A stretch of DNA of 64,000 nucleotides from Lytechinus pictus (GCF_037042905.1 NC_087250.1:22632001-22696000), one strand, 5' to 3'; shown: positions 13,758 through 26,809, counted from the first letter of the stretch. A program made the numbers and translations. Notes: a model not told the origin generated them from the sequence alone.

Positions 13758-14900
13758 ATCCTTCCTTTCCCCATGAAGCCCCAAAATGTACTTTACATTA
13801 TTTATTTTGACAGTAATTCAATTTAGCTCAGTGCCTACGCAAACCCGGAGATTGTGTCTTGCCCCTGTGGGGAGGAACCTATTCAGGAAACGACAATTCA
13901 AAACACATGAGGGGTATTAACAGGGGCTTTTTGCCTGGAAAATTGAATGAAAATCTGGTTTTCCCAGTAGAAGCTTTTTATAGAGGACTTCAAAGTTCAG
14001 TCAATATATAAATGGAATGTACAACATACAAGTACAGTGTTATGTGCACGCAATCAATGTCTGCTACTTGTTTGTTAGAAATTATGTATTATTATGATAT
14101 TGTTTCTTTGAAATTAAGATTTGTTTCCTGATTGTTATTTGCAAGTGAAACATCAAACTGAAACTAAAAGGAATGTTTTGGTTGTAATAACTGCCAATTT
14201 TGTTGGTGTTTGAATTTTCTTTTTCACTGTTGTTGCTTGTGTGTGTTTAGGCCTATATTTTTTTTTCAGGATTTTTTTTCCTGTATGTAGCCAGGAAAGG
14301 AATTATCCAGTTGTATTCTTGAAGAATTGTAGTCAAAATTATTGTAAAAGCCAAAAAGACCCCCACAACAAGTTGATTTGCAAAATTGCCTATAAAAAAG
14401 TACCACATAGTCAATACATGAATGCTGACCAGTAATTGATTGATATCAAATGTACATGTAAAAAGCTATAGGATTTTGAAGTTTCACAAGATTTGATGAA
14501 ATATGTAGGACCTACATGTATGTAAATTAGGGAGTTGATGGTGATATTTCTTTCATATTTTATCATTTCAAATATTTGATTTTTTATTGCATTGGCAAAA
14601 TTACCAATTTCTGTAGGGCATAGATCAGGGTGAATTTCCTAATAAGAGAATGCCTGGTATTGTCATTTCTTTTCTAGTCCATCTGAAAGCAACACTACTG
14701 TATTTTGCATACTCTCATTGCTGCTTAGATTGTGTGTCAGGTGTGGCATTTTGAAAGAGACAAAGATCAGAAGACCCTGTCTCACAAAGAGTTATAATCT
14801 ATGAGATCAACAGCAACTATGGAAAGCCAACAATGCTACCTCTAAACTGCATGTTTTTCAAACTGTTTTCAAGATATGTATATGTGTTCATCATTCACTG

Positions 14901-15188
14901 TGGAGCGTTTTGGCCCAGTGGATTAGTCTTCTGACTTCGAAACAGAGGGTCGTGGGTTCGAATCCCAGCCATGGCGTAATTTCCTTCAGCAAGAATCTCA
15001 TCCACATTGTGCTGCACTCAACCCAGGTGAGGTGAATGGGTACTCGGTAGGGAGAAATTCCGTCAATGCTTGAGCGCCTAGGCAGCTCAGCTAAAGCCGG
15101 GGTAATGATAATAGCAGGGCCCGCTGGTAGAACAGTTTTCGAAACTGAAGTGGCTACCCTGGGTAAATATACCTATCTTATTATTATT
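14901..15188 (+). mobile_element. tRNA-derived SINE
   Basis: A box tggcccagtgg, B box ggttcgaatcc, shared body (tgtgctgcactcaacccaggtgaggtgaatgggtac), (TTA)n tail. Confidence 0.88.
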
Positions 15189-15222
15189 CACTGTCATGAC
15201 AATTCAGTATGATCCACTTTAT

Positions 15223-15671
15223 GACCCCGTTTTCATTAACATCCTAAAACTAATTTACTGGAAACTAGTTTAACGTGTAATGAGAACAGTCGCATCGGTC
15301 TTGGAAGCAATCTTCTAAAACTGGTTCAGAAAACCACCTCGCGATGTAGTTTTCAAGTTCGTTTTGCATTGTTCAACTGGTTTTAGCGTAAGTGAGGACA
15401 CATCTTCAGGAAGCAATCTTTGCACATTTTGTGCCCGCTACTCCACATACTATGTGTTGAATGTCTATGCTGCGGTTTCAAATTTTGCGGGAATCACGTC
15501 ACCCCACTGAGAGAGTTCCCGTAGCAACAAGACTGCTACATGAAGTGGGTTTTGGAAACCACATACATGTAAGGGTGATCAAATGGGAACGCTAGCAAAG
15601 CGATCTTCCCAACCGATTTTCTGAACCGGTTTCCACTAAACTAGTTTTAGGATTGTAATGAGAACGGTGTC
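15223..15671. mobile_element. MITE, same family as 10921-11371
   Basis: Colinear similarity along the full length. Confidence 0.78.
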
Positions 15672-16039
15672 TATGTTTACTAAAGTGCCTATTTCTTGTG
15701 TACACACTGTAGGAAGAAATTATGACATTTATGGCTTTTCATACAGTTGAATAAGACAGGACCAAGCAGAAGACACTGTCCCCCTTATATTACCTGAGAG
15801 ATCAATATGAATCCTCTATCTATTTTTCATCTGTAGAGCTAGAGATGATTGAATTATATTCCATCGGGTTGACAAATCATCATTCCACGCTAAAAGCCTC
15901 CAATTCTTACCGATTATTTTGATAAATTATCCCGCCATTTAGACCCCTTTCATCTGGAAGTGACACCCATACTTCTTGAAGCGGAGGATCTCATTAATGA
16001 GTTTAGCATCTTGCTAGAGAAACGCATGCACAATTCCAT

Positions 16040-16465
16040 GTGTATTTTTCATATTTATTTTTGGACATGGGTGTATTCATACATGAATTTTAATGCACAT
16101 TTCCCTTTGTTAATGTATTTTCTTGATTCTTCAATATGGGTGTGTTCATACATGTACATGAACTTTAATGCACTCTTTTCTTGATTCTTGGACATGGCTG
16201 TGTTCTGTGTTATATTCTTAATTCTTCGATATGGTTTGTTCTTTCATACTGTACATGAACTTTTAATAATGTACAGTTCCTTGTCTTATGTTCCTGATTC
16301 TTGGATATTTAGGTGTTCATACATGAACTTTACTGCACTCTCCCTGTGTTATTTTCTTGATTCTTGGATATGGCTGTGTTCATACATGATTTTAATGCAC
16401 AGTTTATACCTGTGTTATTTTCTTGATTCTTGGATACGGCTGTGTTTATACATGTACTTTAAATG
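16040..16465. repeat. Degenerate ~60-bp minisatellite
   Basis: Recurring ttttcttgattcttggatatggctgtgttcatacatgaactttaatgca. Confidence 0.85.
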
Positions 16466-16699
16466 CCAATCCCTTTTATTTCCGATTTGTGCAATATTCA
16501 TGGGAGGATTGCACAAATGAACAGTATTACATGTACATGGTGACTGCTCTATCAGTCAGAACACTGCATATTTGGAGCTACTGTTACATACCAATAGACA
16601 TTTTCAGGACTACGAACTTGCCGAAAGGTTTTCATGAATGGATTTCAACTTTGAAATAACATGTAAACCTGTATGTACTTATACCTGTAGGCCTTCATA

Positions 16700-17100
16700 C
16701 AGTTGAGGCCAGAAGTTTACATACACCCAGGAAATTCAAAGAAAAGTTGACACTTGCCAAATTTCCTAAAATTTACTGTATGTTATATAATATTTGTGCT
16801 AACATGACTATAAATGTGATATCAAACAAATGAGTATATCATGCCCCTTTTGCTTTGTCATCAGGAGCTAAACAAAATTTAGGTGTCAATTTCCCCAAAC
16901 ATCTTCATATTTTAGACAAACAAAAATAAAAACTTGACAAAACATTTCATATTTGTGCTACATGTAGTTACTTTACAACAAAAACATTTTAGATAACACT
17001 TTTTTTTCAGTGGTGACATATTAATGATAGAAAATGTATGGATCTGACATTTGTGTATTTCTATTAAAACAATGTTTGAAAATATAATAAACAATAGTTT
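16700..17100 (+). mobile_element. Tc1/mariner left-end remnant
   Basis: TA + CAGTTGAGGCCAGAAGTTTACATACAC, a typical Tc1-type terminus; no right end found, right boundary approximate. Confidence 0.6.
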
Positions 17101-17128
17101 CACCAGTCACTCTTAAAGTCGCTCTTAA

Positions 17129-17712
17129 AGGAGAATGAAACCCTTGAAACCAGCTGAATCCATATCAAAGAGAAAAATCAAAGAAACATATTGTTGAAAG
17201 TTTGAGGAAGATTGAATGAATAATAAGAAAGTTATGAGCATATGAATGTTGAGATCACTAATGCTATGTAGATCCTCCCATTGGCAATGCGACCAAGATC
17301 TGTGATGTCACACACGTACAACTCCCTCATTACTTTAGTACTTATTTCACTTATATTCTCACTTTTATAGATTCTATCACAAGGTGAGGTGTTCTCTTTA
17401 TGAGAGGACAAGTACAGAGGTTTCACAACATTATATCATTGATGAATCGTTTGTCATATGATTAGAATGAGCAAAAAGATATATTTTGGGGTATATTTTC
17501 AGTGTCCAAAAGGGGAGAGTTGTTCATCTGTGACATCATAGATCTTGGTCGCATTGCCAATGGGAGGATCTCCATAGCATTAGTGATCTCGACATTCAAA
17601 TGCTCATAACTCTTCTATTGCTAGTCCTATTTTACTCAAACTTTTGTTGATCTTATTCTTTGATTTTTCTGCTTTCACAAAAGCTAACTTTCTCCAAGAG
17701 TTTCATTCTCCT
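17129..17712. mobile_element. TTAA-flanked MITE family B, nested in another MITE end
   Basis: Reverse complement of 9055-9626; splits aaagtcgctcTTAActtacgaacaactttatgaaacacc. Confidence 0.88.
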
Positions 17713-18488
17713 TTAACTTACGAACAACTTTATGAAACACCCACCTTGCCACCTTGTGAAAGAGTATTCTAGATTGATGCAGATTTCTGATAAACGTTTC
17801 TAAAACTGCCAGAGAATGCTCTAAAAAACGAATTTTACCTGATATGATTTCCATTTTGCTATTATTTTTGAGGAGGGAGCAATCTTGGAGGTTATTAATG
17901 CATTACCCATCTGTCCTGACACTGATGTATATGTTGGTGTCATCTTACATATGCTCCTAAGGCTGATAAGGGTTTATACCCCTAAGCCAATTCATTCACT
18001 TAATGAGGTTGCTAGTCTTGCCACTCCAGACCCAACCATGCACCATGATTATTCATCATGAGCGTTGCTTATAGCCCGGTCACATTTGCTCTACGGCGAG
18101 TCGAAAACAGCCGTTTTAACATTTTTTGCACCAGCTGCATATGCGTGGTGTGAATAAAAATGAATAAAACAGCTGTTTTCGACCTCAGTACCACCGCTGT
18201 AGAGCAAATTGTGACTGAGTAATTAGTCTACAGGCACAGACCCTGATTGTAACTTTTATTAAAAAGTGCCTCTCCACGCAAAGGCTAGCACATACAAAGC
18301 TTGCGCGAGAGGGCCTTCAGCACACAAGGCATTAATAGGCTGCACATTCAGACCCTTAACTCTAGTGGAGGATCTCAGATCTCGGTAAATAGTGTGGGGT
18401 TGAGAAAGACAGTCTGACTCCCTCCTCCTCCTCCTCCATTAAGAAAGAGAAGATAATATAAAGGATAGTTTTGGTTTGGAACAGTTCA

Positions 18489-18762
18489 GGACCCGGTCTT
18501 ACAAAGAGTTATGATTGATCCAATCAATTGTAACTCTATGGAAATCCATCACTGTCATAATTTTTTCTATAGGAACTTGGCACAATGTCCTTTGTATAAA
18601 ACGAAGAGAAGCAAAGTGAATTTTCAAGAAAACAATGAATGCATGAGTATCCGTCATAGTTAACAATATTTTTAACAAACATGCATAATCCATGTTGGAT
18701 GTTGCTGGCCGTCCATAGTTGCGATTGATCAGATCAATCGCAACTCTTTGTAAGACGGGGCT
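18489..18762. mobile_element. MITE family C (gtcttacaaagagtt TIR; Harbinger-like 3-bp TSD)
   Basis: TIRs; further copies at 34106, 34579, 51280, 51877 and 52421. Confidence 0.85.
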
Positions 18763-19588
18763 CAGTGTTAGTCTGAAAAGCATAAAAGAATGAAAGTCTT
18801 TTCAACCGTGTAGAGTCAAGCATGGACCATGAGTCAAGGCAGACGTGTTGAAAATGGTAACGAAGAGTCGGTTCAATCGAACAAGGAAGGAAGGAAAGAA
18901 AAAAAAATGTTTTTTTGCTATTTTAAGCAAACAATGTACAATGATTTAATATTGGAGGTATTTAAAACACAGCCTTTACATGCATTGGATTACTCATCAT
19001 TATTGTTTACATTGAAAATAGGTTTTGATATTCCAATTTACAAAGGGGCGTTGGTAATTACATCATTTGTTTATAATGAAACCAAAATGAAAAGTGTGGT
19101 TTGCAAATACTGTACATGTAGCAAGAAAATTATTCTAAGCACACTGTTTGCAGAAAACGATAAATCTTTTTTTTTGTGGGGGGAGGGGCACACTCTCCTT
19201 GATTCAGATCAAATAATAATGTTTATGATTTAGTATGGATGATCAATTCTATTCTATAGACTTCATGGTACACCATGTATTCTTTTTAATATGGGAATAT
19301 TTCTGATCCTGAAAAGATCACCTTGAAGCCCATCGCTCCACCAAGTACTGTACATGTACGTTTTCATGAGAATGATTCAAAGTGTATTTTGACACGTTTG
19401 TATACCATAGTCAGGACTTCAAAATATGGTCCAGACATCCTTTAAAAAGTTTTGATTAATATGCAAGAACAGATGTGATTTCTTATTTTGAATATTAGAT
19501 GACAAGAAAAAAGAAACATTTAAATGCAAATTTGATACTGGATTTATTGATAGTAATCATCTTTCTTTTTTCTCTTTTTTTTACCCAG

Positions 19589-20280
19589 ATTGTTCCAGTT
19601 TTCTATGGTCAAGAGGCAAATCCTTTGATTATTCCACATCCTTAAATTGGCAACATTCCTATGCGAGTGCATCGTCCATCCAATCTCTGGTAACCTGCGA
19701 AAATGATCACGTAGAGCTACTCGACTAGCACTACAAATTTGGCTTGGAACGTATTCCTGGAGGTGTTTGTGTAACATTCAGTTTGATTTCCTTATGTTGA
19801 CTTGCCAACAGTTGATGGACGGAATAGGCGATATCATTTTAAGCATCAAGAGATAGATTGTTAGAGTGCTACATCCTGCGTTGATTCAGTGTTTAAGCTT
19901 GCATTTCGCCTGAAAAAAACTTGAACACATACTGCATACCTCTTTACCGGGAGTACTGTACAGATTGAAATAGCAGTGTATTTCATGTGTGTTTCCATCA
20001 GGCAACCTCAGTACAGATATCCTTGTTGACTTTGAAGAGGTGCACTCCAGACATCTAGGACACCTGAAATCAGTTAGGACACCTGGAATCAGCTAGGACA
20101 CCTGAAGTCCTCTAGTAAACCTGAAGACATCAAGGACATCTGAAGACATTTAGGACACCCGAAGGATCAGAGAGAACCCTTGATTATGTTCTTGAAGTCG
20201 TTGTGAAACCCTTCCCGTTACCACACCGACCCTTGATGCAGAGCATCTGAGATTGAACCGCTGAGAACGAAAAGAGGACA
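19589..20280 (+). other. Probable 5' UTR part of the first coding exon
   Basis: Strong acceptor (long T/C tract + cag at 19588), followed by non-TE sequence up to the ATG; a second possible acceptor lies at 20001. Confidence 0.5.
20050..20165. repeat. Short ~15-20 bp tandem repeat (taggacacctgaa) in the putative 5' UTR
   Basis: ggacacctgaa / gacatc motif repeated about 6 times. Confidence 0.75.
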
Positions 20281-20497
20281 ATGGCGCGCCAGAAACCAGA
20301 GAAGATTTACCACATAGCCGTGGTCGGGATGTCGGGGACAGAGACCGAGCGTGGTGCTACGGGAGTCGGCAAATCTTGCCTCTGCAACCGCTTCATGAAT
20401 CCCCATCAGGACAAGTATTTTACAGACCACATCTCCGTCATCAGTTCAAGCGATTTCAGCGGGCGCATCGTGAACAATGACCACTTTCTCTACTGGG
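20281..20497 (+). CDS. ARHGAP35: p190 RhoGAP coding exon 1 (N-GTPase P-loop)
   Basis: [38 protein letters not shown]...HFLYW; donor G|gtgagt, phase 1. Confidence 0.95.
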
Positions 20498-20932
20498 GTG
20501 AGTCGATAAATTTCTTCTTTTATTCTTAGGTTAAAACTAATCTTTTAAAATTGGATACAATCATTAATTTTTGTATTTATTTTCATACAGTGCTTTGAAC
20601 AACAAATGTACTGTGAGTCAAAATATTTAACAAATGCCAATTTGAATTTTTAAACTCTTATTTTTCTACATTTTTCATCAGATTGCCAATTTAGAGTTCA
20701 TGCTGGTGTATTTTGCGAAATAGCAACATTTTTACTGTATTCTTGATTATTTCAATTTTTCAGTAAATATACATTAGTTTTCTTTCTTTTTAATTTATTC
20801 TAAGTGTGATTGATAGTACTCAAGAGAAATGTCAATAGTGTCTCCTAAAAATGAAAAATGGTTAAAACTGCTCAAAAGCAAATTGAATTTTGTATCCTTA
20901 CATTTTGATGTCTTTTTATTTGCCTTTTATAG

Positions 20933-21118
20933 GAGAATGCACAAAGAAGTATGATGGTGATACAATGACATTCCGAGTAGTGGAACAGACTGAGTTTATA
21001 GACGATTCATCGTTTTCACCCTTGAGAGGGTCAAACACTCATCCGTACTATAAAAGAGCTGCGGTAACCAAGCTTCAATCGGCAGAAAAGGTCATGTATA
21101 TATGCAAAGATCAAGTGG
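20933..21118 (+). CDS. ARHGAP35: p190 RhoGAP coding exon 2 (N-GTPase)
   Basis: ttttatag acceptor; [24 protein letters not shown]...[16 protein letters not shown]; donor gtaagt; phase 1-1. Confidence 0.95.
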
Positions 21119-21141
21119 GTAAGTGTTATACATTGGGCGAC

Positions 21142-21570
21142 TTCAAGCTTTAAACACTTTTAGTTCTGTGTTAAGGCTTTACACACTTAGGTTTGGTGTT
21201 TTAAGCTTGATACACTTGATGTTGTTGTTTCAAACTTTAAACACTTTTAGTTCTGTGTTAAAGCTTTGCACACTTTAGGTTTGGTGTTTTAAGCTTGATG
21301 CACTTGATGTTGTTGTTTCTAGCTTTAAACACTTTTAGTTCTGTGTTACAGCTTTAATACACACTGAGGTTTGGTGTTTTAAGCTTGATACACTTGATGT
21401 TGTTGTTTCAAGCTTTAAACACTCAAGCTCAGTGTTCAGAGTTTTAAAGAATGAAGTTCAGTGTTTAAGCTTGAAGCACTTACATTTGGTGTTTTAATAT
21501 TCAAAAGATTTGAGTTCAGTGTTTAAAGCTTTAAACATTATATCTGGTGCCTAAAGCTTTAAACACTGAC
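21142..21570. repeat. ~29-bp minisatellite with an ~88-bp higher-order unit, just after the exon 2 donor
   Basis: aagctttaaacacttttagttctgtgtt / ggtttggtgttttaagcttgatacacttgatgttgttg repeated. Confidence 0.88.
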
Positions 21571-21732
21571 ACCATAGACTTTATACACATGACTCGACCC
21601 GAGGCGAAGGCCTTCAAAATGTGACCTTGTGGCTGGCCTTGACTACATCCCTGATAGACAGTCACATAATGTGTGTTCAAGGACAAGGAGGCACAATAAT
21701 GCACAATGGCTCTAAAGTTGGTCAAGTACAGG

Positions 21733-22150
21733 GGTAAACTGCCGATTCGTCTATTGCCAACTCGTCCACTCATCAAGTAGTCTACCTTCATTTAGTCCAA
21801 TGCCATTCCGTCCATCAACATTTCGTCTAACAACCATTTGGTCCAATAACCATTAGGTCAAATAATCACTTTGTCTAATCACCAGTTCGTCTATTACCAT
21901 TTCGTCTAATAACCAGTTGGTCTAATACCCATTTTCTTTTCATTCATTTTGCCCAATTAACACTTATCCAAATTATACCAATTGGTTTATGGACTAAATG
22001 GCTATTGGACCAACTGGTTATTAGACAAAATGGTGAGTGGACGAAATGGCAATTAGACCATGTGGATATAGGACGAACTGATGGTAGACCAAATGGTAGT
22101 AGACGAGTTCGTAATTAGACGAATTGGCTTTAGACCATTGGAAATAAACC
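21733..22150. mobile_element. Interspersed repeat built of ~15-bp sub-repeats with internal symmetry
   Basis: Inverted copy at 42319-42734; terminal fragment at 1-28. Confidence 0.75.
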
Positions 22151-22160
22151 AGTACAGGTT

Positions 22161-22332
22161 GGTGTTTCATAAAGCTGTTTGTAAGTTGTGAGCGACTTTG
22201 TCAGCGACTGGTGATCCTTTCTTGTGGTAAATTATATATTGCAAATTTTAATTGGTTTTGATTTTAAGAAAGGATCACCAGTCATTTGTAAAGTCGCTCG
22301 TAACTTACAAGCAGCTCTGTGAAACAATCACC
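22161..22332. mobile_element. Short palindromic MITE family D (ggtgtttcataaagctg TIR)
   Basis: Related copies at ~24000-24145, 49437-49600, 52275-52418 and 60448-60622. Confidence 0.75.
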
Positions 22333-22669
22333 TGTTCTGGGATATGGAAATCAAGGTTGAAACAAAGTCATGGGGCCATGGACATAATAAATCATGGATG
22401 CTAATTGTCAGGTTCCTCAGTGAGGAAGTAAAACAGTTGGTCTTTTTAGTGTTACTCTATAGCCTATATTTTCAATAGATTATTAACTATTCATTTTTAT
22501 TTTGACTTTTTGAAATTAAAGCAGACTTCTGGTTTCATGGCAAATTGTCATTACCCAAAGTGTATTTATACAAAGGTCTGTTGCATCTCCAGAAGAATAG
22601 CAAGAGAGAGAAAAAAGGCATTTCTATAAATCAAAAATTTGATCTTTATAAATCTTCCTTTCCTTGAAG

Positions 22670-23160
22670 GTGATGAAACTAATTTCCCTCAAAAAATCCT
22701 CCCCGATGGAAAATTCCCCGTGGACGGATACTTGATCATCTACGACGTCTCACGATCACCGGGACATGAGAAACAAATTGATTGGCTCACCAAACTCCAA
22801 GGTCAACTCCACAAGGCGAAGCGGCCAGTCGTCGTCGTCGCGGCCAAGTATGACGAGGCCTGGGACCAGTACGTGCGGGACGCAAAGGCCTTCGCGATGA
22901 AGATCAAAGCCCCGCTCATCGAGACGTCTTCGCAGGAGGGAGTCAATGTAGATCTGGCGTTCGCGACCATCGCGAGCAAGATCGACAAGCGGGGTGGGCC
23001 AAAGGAGCTTCCGTTCACAGCTGGCAACGAACAGCGGCAGAAGTTGATCACGAGAGCAGTGGATGAGTATGAATCGATGCTGAAACTCGAGGTGACCAAC
23101 TACCATGATCTGTGGACGTCAAGGAAGAAACAATACCAGAATAGGGATGTCTTTCGAAAG
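22670..23160 (+). CDS. ARHGAP35: p190 RhoGAP coding exon 3 (end of N-GTPase, start of FF1)
   Basis: DETNFPQKILPDGKFPVDGYLIIYDVS...VVVAAKYD...IETSS...VNVDLAF...DVFRK; phase 1-0. Confidence 0.93.
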
Positions 23161-23317
23161 GTTAGATATACTCTTTAAGCAGCACAACTAAAAATCTATT
23201 CACTGATTTGTTTCATTGGCCCCAATTTCACCAAGGAAGTTTTGAATCTGCGGTTTGAAATTGTGTTTTTTGTTGATTTCATGCCTTGATTATGCTTAAT
23301 TCTAGGGCTGAGTCAAT

Positions 23318-23632
23318 GGCCCGTAGTCTGAAGTCAGGTTTAACTTTAATAGACCCTGGTCTAACTGTGCTAAAATCATGGAAAGCCAAAAATGTCAAAA
23401 TTGTCCTTACATTGTATGTTTCTTATGTTTACTGTGCTCTTTTTTAAACTTCTGAATGGTAAAGAAAGCTATCTTAATTATCCTTCCAAAACAGTTAAGA
23501 ATGATTTGAGAGAAAAAGGAGCTGATACATTGAAATTCTGCTGTTAGAGATTTATGCCACTATTGGCCATCTATACTTAAAGCACAACTTTAAACCTGAG
23601 CTTAACTTAAACCTGACGTCAGAATGCGGGTC
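23318..23632. mobile_element. MITE family E (ggcccgtattctgaagtc TIR), diverged
   Basis: aat target duplication; similar to the 29395, 37461, 40878 and 55167 copies. Confidence 0.8.
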
Positions 23633-24404
23633 AATATGTTTAAATGCCGTTCAAAAAACATATCCCAGGTGGTATTCTGATGATTAACCCTAGTCTAAAC
23701 TAGAATTTTGAACCATACTTCTATGGAATGCTGGGCTTGATAATTTTTTTTCCATATTCATGATAATTAAAAAGTTTCCATTCCTTAAAGTTTATATTTA
23801 TGTATTTTCATATTCTTCCCATTTCACTTCTCAATTATTCATTTTTTTACAACTTTTTGTACCAGGCTAACAATGATTTTAATTGGTGAATGAGTCAACA
23901 ATTGGCACTCCTTAAAAGTGTGGCCTACGTTAACCCGGGTCGTACTAAACCATAGCTACCAGAATACCACTTTCATTATCAATACAGTGAACCTATGCAT
24001 CCAAAGTCACGACTGGTGATCCTTTCTTACGTGTTAAATAATCACCAATTATCATTTGAAAGTTGAATATCATTTACCACAAGAAAGGATCACCAGTCGT
24101 TCTGAAAGTCACTCTTAACTTCCGAACAGCTTTGTGAAACGCCCCCCCTGATATGATAAACAAAAAACTGCATTTGAAAAGTGAGACTCAGTACTTACCA
24201 CAAATATGAAACTTACATGTACAATAACGGGCAACCAAAGCACTTTAATATGCGGTTTATAACAGGTACATATATTTACATGTTCTTTTGTTTTAGTGGG
24301 TAAGCTTTTATGAGCTTCTTCCTATTACGTTTTTATAACAATAATCCATCTGTAGTAGTGAAAGTTGATTTATGAAGGGCATCGTTGACAGCAATCTCTC
24401 TATA

Positions 24405-24746
24405 GGCGGTGCTGCACCATCCCGAGTTTGCTCAATCTCGAGATTTTAGCCCGATCAGCCCTCTTCGCGATTAATCTCGAGATTCAAGAAACCCCGTCTC
24501 CACCATCGCAATAAGAGAGATTCCTGCTTGAGCGAGGCAACAAGCCCAATATTCAGAGCATGCGCACTTTCGGATCTTGGAGTTTCAACGGCCCGCGCTT
24601 TTGAATAACTTCCCGCGATTTCACTAGCACTTTCGCCGAATTCGATCGGTGTTATGCAACAATCCTCTCAGCTCAGCCGCGCTCAGCGTGTGGAGAAGTG
24701 ATGAAGTAATGATATGATGGCCCCGATGGCGGAGAAGGAGGCAACG

Positions 24747-24801
<55 letters not shown>

Positions 24802-26264
24802 AAAGAAATGCTATTTGCTCACATTTTGCGAAGGAATAAGACGACACTGCTGTCAATGTTACTATGACCATCGTCGATAATGAGCGCCTCCCCCATCGGT
24901 CTGGTCTCTCCCAACTATCCTTCACTGGTGGGACACCATCGTTGCTGATTGGGGAATTGATGAACGCTATTCGCGATAATGTATTCGCATGTATAAAGTT
25001 GACTTTCGCACGTGTTTATGTTTTGACCAAGGCGGAAGTGGAACGTGAATTGCATTATGGACTGACGTCATGAATAAATTACCCCGAGTCCAATCTCGAG
25101 TGCGTCTGCACCGACGAATTAGCGGGATAATTCGTGAAATAGCGCGCTATTTTGCAAATAAACCCGAGTTGACTTGGGATTGCAATCTCGAGATTAATCC
25201 TACGAACTAGCGCGATAATTGCGTCTGCACTGCAAACAATCTCGAGATTTTTCTGATCGGGATAATTTGCCGGATCAGAAATAGCGCGCTACCGTAAGTA
25301 ACGGTGTATTAACCGCACCTTTTTCTCGGCGGGATATAAGCAAAAGTCGGGGGTGCGGTTTATACACGGTGACGGGTCTGAGCCCGCCCGCGTAGCCCCT
25401 CCCGAACATGTAAGAAGTCTGCCAGTTCACAACACATCGAGTGGCCGGCCGTAGCCGCCCAGTGCAATGTCGTTTAGAGGGGTATGAGCCGCGGGTAATG
25501 GGTAGCGATTATTATGATCTTATGATCAAATACTGTCGTAACAAATGCACCCACCTTCATGACACTAATTTCGACTTTATTCTCGATTCAAAGCAGCGAA
25601 GTTCCCTGGCTAAGTTCATAGAGACGCCAAGCATTCTCGGTAATAATTTGTCACAGCTGAGCGAGAGCCAAGAGCTAGCTTGCGTTGTATTTTGGTTTTA
25701 GTGCGACTTAAGCTGGCGCTATTCATTTAATTTAACCCCTCAAAGTCCCGTTTCGCGCCAGCTTATTTTTTTCTTTCCCGTTTGATTTTCATAAGATACC
25801 ATGTACACCGTGCACCACGCACGATAGAGACGGCACGAAGCCGTCAAACAACTGGAAAAAATACAAATTTCTTTGTTTCTTGAACCTTCCTGTAATCCCG
25901 TATCCAAAATTCATGCTAAGACATCGAATGCTAGACAAATTCTGAAAGTGATTGTGAGGTTGTGATGCAAGAAATGTGAAAGACACAGATCACAATTTGA
26001 TAAGATGTACTGGTAGTGGTACCGTATCGAAGTTTGAAATGTACATGTACAAGAAAGGCAGTGCTGTGTGTGTTTACACTGTGACTGTGAGGTGAGTGAG
26101 TGTGTAAATTGCCAATATTGGCGGGACCTTTCTTTCTTGCTAACATTTGTAGATGAATTGATCAAGAACAGCAGATTTCTGCATACTGGTAATCTCTTTG
26201 AATACTTTGAAATCTTTAACTTAGTTTTTGTTTCTTCGTACCTCAAATATGCATGTAAATGTGA

Positions 26265-26323
<59 letters not shown>

Positions 26324-26404
26324 TGGGGGTGCGGTTTATACACGGGTGCGGTTAATACACCGTTACTTACGGTAATTTGAAAACTCGGGATGGTGCAGAC
26401 GGCC
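24405..26404. mobile_element. Non-autonomous DNA transposon with a nested insertion; contains (AG)n at 24751-24796
   Basis: TIR ctgcaccatcccgagttt / aaactcgggatggtgcag; CpG-rich interior. Confidence 0.8.
25292..26372. mobile_element. Tc1/mariner (pogo/Tigger-like) non-autonomous element, TA TSD
   Basis: TA-ccgtaagtaacggtgtattaaccgcacc ... ggtgcggttaatacaccgttacttacgg-TA. Confidence 0.85.
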
Positions 26405-26586
26405 TTTATGCCCTTTACAAAGTTAAGAAATTACATACTTTGTGTGTATTAAAAACAAATATTTTCAATTATTACAAAACCAATGTTAAAGGTACAATGT
26501 AGATGATCACTGATGTAGAAATATAATAGAACAAAGGATAATTGAATTCAAGTTCGGTACCCAATGCTGAAACATCTTTAACACCA

Positions 26587-26809
26587 GGGGGGTGTTTCAC
26601 AAAGATTTAAGTACATGTATGACTTATAGTCGCACTTAAATACCGAGTTGCGTGCGGTATGAAAGGCTTGACCGCATTGGTCAGGTCATACCAAGAGGAT
26701 GCGCACTACTGCGTATTGATCAATAAGATCGCGCGTCGCATATCATGTACGCGTCGGCATTTAAGTGCGACTTAAGAAGTCATACTTAAATCTTTGTGAA
26801 ACACCCCCC
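26587..26809. mobile_element. Palindromic MITE
   Basis: ggggggtgtttcacaaagatttaagta / tacttaaatctttgtgaaacacccccc. Confidence 0.85.

Noticed and set aside
14901..14975. tRNA-like sequence with A and B boxes (also at 28543, 38688 and 50929)
   Set aside because: No proper acceptor stem; continues into a shared SINE body and simple-repeat tail
21142..21570. Regular ~29-bp repeats resembling a CRISPR array
   Set aside because: No unique spacers, eukaryotic intron, no cas genes
22756..23106. Antisense ORFs over exon 3
   Set aside because: Expected shadow ORFs of a GC-rich coding exon
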